From contig JANHCV010000001.1 of NCBI GenBank assembly GCA_025594325.1, positions 3,906,001 to 3,970,000 of the forward strand: DNA of 64,000 bases. Direction: 5' to 3'. The stretch's first letter is position 1. Each line of letters starts with the position of its first letter. The translations under genes and the position numbers were made by a program. The notes beneath the pieces were generated by a model. It had not been told where the DNA came from. It worked only from the letters and a program-made list of their open reading frames with translations, and made no database searches. Source of the stretch: Blastocladiella emersonii ATCC 22665. Lineage: Eukaryota; Fungi; Blastocladiomycota. This document shows, one piece after another, positions 54,089 through 62,698 of the stretch.

Positions 54089-57000
54089 TTACATTCCCGA
54101 CGCGGGACGGCTCGCCCGCCGGGACCCGCTACCCGCCGCCGCCGCCGACCCGGTCCGCGACCCAGCCGCCGGCGCAGCGTTCGCGTCCTCGGCGACCTTG
54201 CCGAGACTCTTCTTGGACATGGTTGATGTTGGCCGCGACGCGTTGCGGATCTCGACGGGGCGCGCCATGCCGCCGGACCGCGGCCGCGACGAGGTGCCGC
54301 CGTTGCCCGAGGACGCGGGGCGGGACGCGGGCTTGGCGGCGGCGGCGTTGCCCGACGACGACGCGGGGCGGGACGACGGCTTCGAGCCAGAGCCGGGAGC
54401 GGGCGCGGCCTCGGCCGCGAGGTCGTAGTGCGAGGCTGGGAGCGCCGTCTTGATGGCCGTCGCGAGGTGGTGCACGGAACCGCTCACGGCTGCCGGCTCG
54501 GCGACGGCGTCAGCGGGCAGCGCGTTTGCCGCATCCTCGGCGGCAGCGTGGCCGTGGTTCTCGCTCGCGTTGAGACTGAACCGCGACTCGGGCAGAGTCG
54601 CGCGGATCGCCGTGTGCAGGTGGTCGTTCGACGCGGCCGTGGGCACGTTCTCCTCGGTGGCGACAGCGGCAGCCGGCGCGTCGACCAGCTCGGCCTTGAC
54701 GGACGCGACCGAGTGGTGGCTGCGGTGCAGCTCGTACGTCGACGCGGGGAGCTCCTTGTGGATGACCTGGTGCAGGTCGTGGCCGTGCGCGTCGGCGTTG
54801 CCGGCGGGCTTGCCCGCGGACGACGGGCGCGAGGACCGGCGGCTCTCGGACTTGGCGGCGAGCGAGTGGTGGCTCGCGGCGCGCACGGGCTCCTCGGACG
54901 CCGGCTCCTCGGCCGCCGGCGCCTCGGCCGACGCGGTCTCGGCGGACACGGGCTCGTCCTTGGCGGCGGCGGCGGCAGTCGAGTGGTGGCTCTGGTGCAG
55001 CTCGTATACGGACGCCGGTAGCTCCTTGTTCACGGCCGTCGCGAGGTGGTTCTCGTGGTCGTCGCCGTGCGCGTCAGCGCCCGCCTTCTCCTCATTCTCG
55101 GGCGCGGCGGCGGGAGCCGAGTCAGTGGCGTTGACCGAGTGGCGGCTCGGCGCGCGGACCGAGTGCTGCGACGCGGCACGGATCGAGTGGTGGCTCTGGC
55201 GCAGCTCGTACGTCGACGCTGGCAGCTCCTTGTTGATGGCGCTCGACATGTGCTCGTCGTCATGCTGCTCGGGCGCCGCCTGCTCAGCGGGCTCCGCCGC
55301 GGGCGCGTCGCGGACAGAGTGCTGCGACGCGGCGCGAATCGAGTGGTGGCTCGCGCGCAGCTCGTACACGGACGCCGGGAGCTCCTTGTTGATGGCGCTC
55401 GAGAGATGGTGCTCGTGCTCGTCGACGGCGGGCGCGGGCTCAGTGGCGGGAGCATCGTGAACCGAGTGGTGGCTCGCGGCAGCGTGGATCGAGTGGTGCG
55501 ACTTAGTCTCCTCGGCCTCCTCAACGACCGCGTTGGCGGGGGCCTCGACGACGGGCGAGTTCTGCGCCGACTCGGCCTCGATGACGGGCGACAGGAGCGA
55601 CCCGCGGCTCGCGGCCTTGGACAGCGCCTTGCGCATGACGGCGGGCGGCGGGCCCTCGGTGTTGGCGGCGATCCCGCTGAGCGAGTGGCGGCTCTGTGAC
55701 GTGGCGAGCTCGTGCGTCGACGCCGGGAGCTCGGTACCCATGGCCTGCGCGAGGAGGCCGTTCTCCTGCGGCTGCGTAGGCTGGTTCTCGGCGACCGCAG
55801 CGCGCGACAGCGAGCGGTGGCTCGACGACTGCGCGAGCTGGGTCTTGGACCCCGACTGCGCGAGCGCCTGCTTGGACCCCGACGGCCGCAGCGACTGCAT
55901 GCTCTTGTTCAGGTCGGCGCGCGACGCCGGGAGACCCGTCTGCATCGCGAGCGCCAGCGTGTTGCTCTTGTCGAGGTGGTCGGCGGACCCGCCCTTGAGC
56001 GGGACCGTGTGCGGGTGGAAGTCGTCGGTCGACGCGGCGTGCGCGGGCTGCGCGAGATCGTGCTGGCTCTTCTCGGCGGCGGCGGGCTTGGCCTCGACGT
56101 CGGCGGCGGGAGCCGCGGCACCGGCAATCGAGTGGTGGCTCTTGTTTAGGACGAGCTCCGACTGCGACACAGGGAGCGGGATCGCGGCCGGGTTGACCTC
56201 GGCGGCGGCAGCGGGTTCGCCCGCCTTGACCTTGTGGAGCGTCGCCTGGCTCGCCGACTTGGCCGCGAGCGCGTCGTTGGTCGTCTCCGAAAGCTTGTTC
56301 GTGGACGCCGCGAGCTTGGCGGTTGAGGCAGCCTTGTCGGTAACTATACATGAGGGAAGCGCAGACAGCGGACGTTAGTCACGCACTCGCGAGAACCGGA
56401 CAGCTTCCGGACGAATCGCCTACCATGGTCTGGCGCGGCAGCAGCGGGGCGAGGAGGCACAAAGGGCGACGGTCCGGCCGTGTCCTCGACCATGGCATTT
56501 TGGTGGGCGAAGTACGCACTGGAGGACATGGCCATACCCGCACCCGCCGTCGTCGTCAGGGGCTGCTGCTGGTGCTCCTCGGGCACGGTGCTGCTCAGCG
56601 CCGCGTTGGACGCGCGCGTTGACGGGCCCGACTTGATGGCCGACGACGAGTCCTTGAGCTTGACCTCGCTCACGCCCTTGATGGCCATGGTCGACGCGTC
56701 GAGGTGCCGCGGCGGGTGCGGGCTCGACTGGTGCGACGCCGAGTGCGACTCGTCGTGCGCGTCGAGACCCTTGTTGTTCGACTACACGGCGAGAACAGCG
56801 GGTTAGATCGGGTCCGGGCTGAGATGGGAGCGTCGCGAGTCGTACCTGGCTGACCGAGAGATCCTTGGTCGAGGCAGCCGCTGCGTGATGCTCGGCGGGC
56901 GCTGCCGCTGGCTTCTCCGATTTGGCGGCGGGCGCATGGGCAGCTGCCGGCGCCGGCACCGGCGCCGACGACGACGACGACGATGCCGCGGCAGCAGCGG

Positions 57001-57260
57001 TGGTGGTGGTGGAAGGCGATGCGGGCGACTTCTTGGCGCCGACCGACTTGTCCTTGAGCCCCTTGCCCTGGCCGGACGGCGACGAGGCGAGGGCGCGCTG
57101 CTCGGGCGACGCCGTAGCCGTAGCGTTACCGGCGCCCGCCGGCGTCGTGGCAGGGCGCGAGGTCTGCTCCTGCGCGAGTTGTTTCGAGGCCCCGCATCCC
57201 TAGACGAGTGGCCGAGTTAGAATGGTTCAAGTCACGCGAGGATCGAGGCATGCGTACCAT
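54089..57260 (-). CDS. Predicted N-myristoylated/palmitoylated disordered repeat protein (MGCGASK...), 4 exons
   Basis: ATG 57260-57258, intron 57257-57200, then GGA TGC GGG GCC TCG AAA. Further GT-AG introns near 56844-56785 and 56422-56345 keep the frame into the ORF ending at 54089. Contains repeated ELPAS.YEL..SHHS motifs. Confidence 0.75.
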
Positions 57261-57827
57261 GTCGAAATCAGCAGCAGGGTATTAACGATGTCTCGAGGAT
57301 CGGTTCAGCGGGCGCTACGGTCGCGACGTGAGTGTGAGATCCAGTCCCGAGCGGCAGCACGGGCACGGCATACGAGCAAGGTGGTTGAGGTGCTCGGTTC
57401 GGACAAGTTGCATGCAGAGACTTGCGAGTAGCAGTCCCGAGATCAATGACGTCGGCGTGATGTGTGCCGTTGCACGAGGAGACGCGTGCGGAGTGTAGAC
57501 GCGCGCGCGGGTCGGCTGCTGCAGGAGGTCGGGGCAGCGCAATGATCGAGCTAACATCGGGTCGCGACCGAGCGAGCGCGCGTGTATCCCAAGGCGAGGG
57601 CCATGATACGGTCGCCGGGTCGCCGCAGAGCTCGGTGGTGGTGGGGAGACAAGACACGCCGAAAACGCGTCGCACGACGCGTCGCGTCTCAGACCCACGT
57701 GAGGCGGGCGTTCGCGTGTGAGACATTTGCTGGAGGGGGGAAATTTCTTCTTCGTTATCTATCACGTACACGGTTCCAGTTCGTTTGCAAGGGCTAATAT
57801 ATGCACACACCGACGCACTCCGGGGCA

Positions 57828-59429
57828 CTACTGGGTCTTGGCCGCGGGCTTCGGGGGCTTCGGGCCGGGGAACACGGCGGTGAGGACGAAGAGAGCGGGC
57901 AGGGCGAGGTGGCCGATCCAGTAGAGCGAGTTAGCAGCGATGATGATGTTCTTGGCCGTGAGCAGGTCGAAGCCGAGCGCGGCGTAGTAGAGGGCGGAGG
58001 TGGTGAGCAGCCAGCACGTGAAGTTGACGACAATCCGGCCGGCAGCGGACTTGGACAGCGCCGCGACCAGCGGCTTGCACGTGTTCTTGAGCCGGGACTC
58101 GACAATCATGTCCACAAACTCCAAAGAGAAGGCGTAGGCGTACGAGGGATGAAAGCCGTGCCATATGGCGAGGAAGGCGAGGGTGCCGACCGAGGAGAGG
58201 TGCTTGTTGCCGAGGAAGCGGAGGCGCTTGAACAGGTACAGCTTGGCCCAGTTGTTGGTGTTGATGTTGAAGGTGCCGATGATGCGGGCGAGCGAGGTGG
58301 CCGTCTCGAAGCCGAGGGCGTCGATGTTGGCGAGGCCCGACCACCGCGGGTGGCCGTTGGCGTCGACGCCGTCGAAGCCCATGCCGCTGAGGATGCAGGC
58401 GCCCTCGGTGAGGATCCAGACGCCGAGGTACTTGGTGAGGGCCGTCTTGCCGGCCATCCACGCGAGGGCGAGGCGGTGGTAGTAGGGCGCGTCGAGGAAG
58501 GCCGGGGTCAGGACGATGGCCGACGAGAAGAACATGGACAGGACCTGGGTCACGGCGAGGTAGCCGACGGCGAGGCCAAATGTCTTGGCGGCAGCCTTGG
58601 CGCCCGTAGACAGCAGCTGCGGGATCGGCATGGAGATGGCGGCCGGGGTCGAGGTGCCGACCGGGGTGTGGGTGCGGAACAGGTCGAGCGAGAGGTAGCG
58701 GCGGTACAGGGCGAACGAGAACTGCGGGCCGACGAGGAACGAGCCCGTGAAGTAGGCGTAGCCGAGGACCTCAAAGTACGAGGGCAGGGTGGCGAGCGAC
58801 AGGTCGCCGGCCCAGGCGGTCGGCGTGCGGTTGGCCTCGGTCTCGATGCGGCGCGGGGCAGCAGCCGGGGCGGGGGCAGCCGGAGCAGCAGCGGCCACCT
58901 CGGTGCCCGAGTCGACGCCGGGCGAGGCGGCGCGCACGGGCTCGGCGGCAGCGGCGGCAGCATCGGCGTTCTTCTTGGCGACAGCCGCGGCGGCGTGCTT
59001 GGAGCCGTCGGCAAAATCGAATGCGAAGCCGATGAGGCGCAGGCACAGGACCGACTGGGGCGTGGTCCAGTTGATGTCGTACTCCTCGGAGGCGGTGAAG
59101 ACGTAGGCAATGAGCAGGTAGGCGCAGTTGAAGACGAAGGCGGCGGCGGCGGCGAGCCAGCGCTGCTTCGGGGCGAGGGCGACCTGGCCGGCGAGGCAGA
59201 TCAGGTAGGTGGCGGTGATGGTGACGAGCGAGTGGACGATGTCGGCGCCGCAGAAGAAGTAGGCGACGGCGAGGCCCGAGGCGACGTTGAAGGCGTTGCG
59301 GGCGGCGGGCGTCCGCGACGGCTTGAGCAGCGAGCGCTGCACGCCGGCGATCGGGTAGGCGGCGAGCACCGACGTGAGCAGGCGCAGCGTCGGCTCGGGG
59401 ATGCCCGTGGCGGCCGAGAGTGCGTCCAT
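57828..59429 (-). CDS. MBOAT lysophospholipid acyltransferase (LPCAT3/Ale1-like), intronless
   Basis: Multiple TM segments; QSVLCLRLIGFAFD, YFTGSFLVGPQF, KYLGVWILTEGACILSG.G, FNINTNNW...Y.FKRL, AIWHGFHPSY (catalytic His). Confidence 0.92.
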   Translation of the reverse strand: MDALSAATGIPEPTLRLLTSVLAAYPIAGVQRSLLKPSRTPAARNAFNVASGLAVAYFFCGADIVHSLVTITATYLICLAGQVALAPKQRWLAAAAAFVFNCAYLLIAYVFTASEEYDINWTTPQSVLCLRLIGFAFDFADGSKHAAAAVAKKNADAAAAAAEPVRAASPGVDSGTEVAAAAPAAPAPAAAPRRIETEANRTPTAWAGDLSLATLPSYFEVLGYAYFTGSFLVGPQFSFALYRRYLSLDLFRTHTPVGTSTPAAISMPIPQLLSTGAKAAAKTFGLAVGYLAVTQVLSMFFSSAIVLTPAFLDAPYYHRLALAWMAGKTALTKYLGVWILTEGACILSGMGFDGVDANGHPRWSGLANIDALGFETATSLARIIGTFNINTNNWAKLYLFKRLRFLGNKHLSSVGTLAFLAIWHGFHPSYAYAFSLEFVDMIVESRLKNTCKPLVAALSKSAAGRIVVNFTCWLLTTSALYYAALGFDLLTAKNIIIAANSLYWIGHLALPALFVLTAVFPGPKPPKPAAKTQ

Positions 59430-59931
59430 GGTGGGGTGGGGGTGCTGCGTGCTGCGAGCGCGGGTGTGGTGCAGGTCGGGTAGGAGGGGAGAGAGGGAGG
59501 GCGCGCCAGGGACGGCGCGCTACTTGTACGCTTGTACGAGTGATGGGCGCCGAGATGCGCGGCGGGCGGCCGGGCGAACGACCGCGAGCGAACCGGGCCC
59601 GTGGGACGCGTGTTGTCATGGCACGTGCAGGTAAAAGGTGGCGCCGATACACGTCCAGCTTGATTTTTACGCTGTTGTTGGGCTCGTTGGTGACCTTGAG
59701 GCATTTCATACTCGCTTGAGTGCACTAGAAGCTATATAACGCGGCGGCAATAGTATAGCAGGCACCGCGATAGATCACGCGCGGGCACGGGTGAGGCGGC
59801 GCCGCGTGCCGTGATCGGCGTTGGCGTCTCGCGGTCGCGGTCTCGCGGCCGACGCGCCTCGCCACTCCACCCTGCTCTCCAGCCAAAAGCAACGCACGGC
59901 ACGACGCACTTGCCGCACCCACACCCCTGCC

Positions 59932-60663
59932 ATGCTATCAACCTGGATCTCGCGCGTCGCCGTCGCGCTGTGCGCGCTGCTCGCCGTCGCCGCCGCCATG
60001 ACCGTGCGCGTGCCGCCCTACGACCAGCAGTGCTTCTTCGAGGACCTGGTCCACGGCCAGATCGTGAGCGTCTCGTTCCAGGTCGGCGACGGCGGCAACC
60101 TCGACATCGACTTCTGGGTCTCCGACCCCGACCACGCCATCATGCACATTGTCAACCGCGAGTCGACCGGCACCTACACCTTCACCGTCGCCAAGGACGG
60201 CCGCTACTCGTACTGCTTCAGTAACCAGATGTCGAGCCACCACGAGAAGGTCGTCCAGTTCTCCGTCACGGGCGCCGACGTGCCACCAGTCGACCCCAAG
60301 GGTACCGTTTTGCTCGCACACGCGTTGCAGGCACCACCCGGCTCTGACGCATATTCTCTACAGCCATTGTCGATCCCGTCATGGACGTCGTCAACGAGCT
60401 CTCGCGCGACATTCATGCCATCAAGGAGGAGCAGCAGTACCTCGTCGTGCGTGAGCGCCAGCACCGCAGCAGTACGCGTACTTCTACAAGTCCCCCTCTC
60501 CCTTTACGCGTCACTGACACTAGCACCCCTGCCTCCAGCCGCCGAGGACATCAACACGCGCGTCATGTGGTGGTCGCTGTTCCAGACCGCCATGCTCGTC
60601 GCCGTGTGTCTGTTCCAGGTCTACTACCTCAAGCATTTCTTCGAGGTCAAGCGCGTTGTCTAG
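59932..60663 (+). CDS. EMP24: p24/GOLD-domain cargo receptor (Emp24/TMED2 beta type), spliced
   Basis: Signal peptide; CFFE, FQVGDGGNLDIDF, Y.YCF.N.MS, N.RVMWWS, QVYYLKHFFEVKRVV (FF motif and hydrophobic end). Confidence 0.9.
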   Translation: MLSTWISRVAVALCALLAVAAAMTVRVPPYDQQCFFEDLVHGQIVSVSFQVGDGGNLDIDFWVSDPDHAIMHIVNRESTGTYTFTVAKDGRYSYCFSNQMSSHHEKVVQFSVTGADVPPVDPKGTVLLAHALQAPPGSDAYSLQPLSIPSWTSSTSSRATFMPSRRSSSTSSCVSASTAAVRVLLQVPLSLYASLTLAPLPPAAEDINTRVMWWSLFQTAMLVAVCLFQVYYLKHFFEVKRVV

Positions 60664-60854
60664 CTCTTCTCCTCGCCTACACGCGATATATCATCACTTT
60701 TTGAACCGCCTGCTTGCCGCGAGACACTTTCCCGCACTCCACGTGCGCCTGGGGCCGCGTAATCGGAACCTCGGAGCAGTCGCGCTGCGCCATCCGCCAA
60801 ACGAACTTCGCGCCGCGGTCTCTCTCTCCCCCGAACTACACCACCATTATTGCC

Positions 60855-61574
60855 ATGTCATCCGAAGAACCAACGAAACTTGATGCATCTTCCTCAACGC
60901 CAGACGAGGCACCATCGTCCGTTACTCCGACGCCTTGCAGCGGCGCCGCCGACTGCGACATCGAAGACCTCGCGAAACCGATCTACCCGACGGTGCCCTT
61001 CTACGGGCCGTGCATCGTGCGCGACCTCAAGCCCGGCGAGACCAAGCGCTGGTGCACTTGCGGTACCCCCCCTTGCGGCTATTATGATCTCGTGAGCATC
61101 GCGAGACTGATATACGGCGGTTTCTTCAGGTCTGTCCAAGAAGCAGCCGTGGTGCGACGCGAGCCACGTATGTTTCTCATCGTCATTGGCGTCGTAGCTT
61201 GCTCACGCGTGGTCCGATCGTAGCGCGGCACGCCGTTCAAACCGCTAGTCTGGAAGGTTCCCGAGCGTCAGCAGTCGCTCTTCGCCATCTGCAACTGCAA
61301 GTACACAAAGTACGCGCTCAGCCTTGCTCCGCGACATCTCCAGCAACTGACCCCGCTTCCAACCGTAGAGCACCACCGTACTGCGACGCAACGCGTACGT
61401 TCGCCCACTTCGCGAGCCGCCATCGCATACTCACGCTGCTCGTTCGTGACAGACACGAGCTGCCCGCTCGAAATCTACAAGCGCCAGAAGGCGTGCCAGA
61501 GCGACCACTCGCCCACCGTCAAGCTCTGCTCGGATTGCGGGTGGACACCAGACACGGTTCTGATCGACCTGTAA
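60855..61574 (+). CDS. CISD3: Two-CDGSH iron-sulfur (NEET) protein, CISD3/MiNT-like, 5 exons
   Basis: Splicing gives WCTCG/LSKKQPWCDASH/RGTPFKP and ICNCKYTK/APPYCDAT/H, two C-x-C-x9-C-x3-H [2Fe-2S] motifs. Stop TAA at 61572-61574. Confidence 0.85.
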
Positions 61575-62138
61575 ACGGAATTTGATGGAGCAACGTGTTC
61601 ACATACTTTCGTATGACTCTCGGTGTCTGCCAGAGTTGAAGGCGAACGAAAACGCGACAAGGCGATGACAATCTACGCGATTACTCGTCACGCGAATATC
61701 ACGTGCGGGTGTGAGACGCGACTGTCTCGCGTTTCACCTCGCGTCGCGGCTCGAGAGAAGTCCTCGCAACCGACGTTCTACCAGCTTTCGTGCACATGCT
61801 TGACCATTGGTTCGGGAATGTTGATGTTGATGTTGTGCGTGCTCGAAACTCTTCGCTCTGCACTGAGTTCATGCGCACCATTCATACGGAGGGGCTTTCG
61901 TCACAACACTCCACATCTTGGACTATGAAGTGCGGGTCATCCTACAGTGTTTGGGGCTGCGTGATGGCCATAGCGATGAGCCACTGCGCCAGCAGGGATT
62001 CGGTGGCGCCAGCGTGCCGATCCGACAGGATCCACCGCACCTCACCGCAGTACTGCCCGTCCGGCCACCGCACTGACCGCAGGGACGATTTTCCAGTGAT
62101 GTCCGAGATCGAACCTGCTCTCTCCACAACAAACTGCT

Positions 62139-62492
62139 ATGGAATCACAACCAAACTCGGCCATCAACGGCCCTGGCCCCGCGACCGTCGACCCAGCGGC
62201 CGCCCTCGGCGCCGTGCTCGCGGGTCCTGCCGATGCCATCGCGGCTTTGGCACGCGGCTACGTCGTCGATCGCTTCATCCGCACGCACCCACGCTTCGAC
62301 CCGGCGGCCTCGCCGCTACCGTCGGCCTGGTATCGGGCCATCGAGCATAGCTTGACTTACGCTGACATTCCGTTCGCCGAGCGCGTCGAGTGCATCCTTG
62401 GCCTCATCGACGCGCCCGAATTCGTCATGTACGTCAAGAGCGAGCTTCTCCAGCTTGAGGACTCGTCAAGCACGTCAATGTACGAACGGTAA
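62139..62492 (+). CDS. Short Gag-capsid-N-like ORF, diverged partial paralogue of the downstream ORF
   Basis: 117 aa, aligning by eye with the first about 115 aa of the 62699 ORF (LARGYVVDRFIR/LARGYAVDRFVR; RVECILGLID/RVECLLGLID; ELLQLED/ELLQLDD). Confidence 0.6.
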   Translation: MESQPNSAINGPGPATVDPAAALGAVLAGPADAIAALARGYVVDRFIRTHPRFDPAASPLPSAWYRAIEHSLTYADIPFAERVECILGLIDAPEFVMYVKSELLQLEDSSSTSMYER

Positions 62493-62698
62493 TTCCATTT
62501 GTTTTCTTTGATACATACATTTGTTGCATGACTAGTTCTTCGCGTTAATGAGCGACGCATCTCCGACGGGTCGTGAGACAAGTTGCGATATTTGACGCGG
62601 GCCGCATGTGACCGATTTTCGACTCGAATCCATGAGTGCTTCCGCGGCCGACTCTGACTCTTGCTCCGCGCCGATGAAGCATAGAACGTCCACTCGCC

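Noticed and set aside
57209-57233. tRNA-like A-box (TGGCCGAGT) and B-box (GGTTCAAGTC) on the + strand
   Set aside because: The boxes are only about 15 nt apart, there is no cloverleaf or acceptor stem, and the sequence is the antisense of the MGCGASK gene's first intron.
61575-62138. LTR or primer-binding site upstream of the Gag-like ORFs
   Set aside because: No TG...CA-bounded repeat or tRNA-complementary PBS could be identified. The short ORFs there lack host codon bias.
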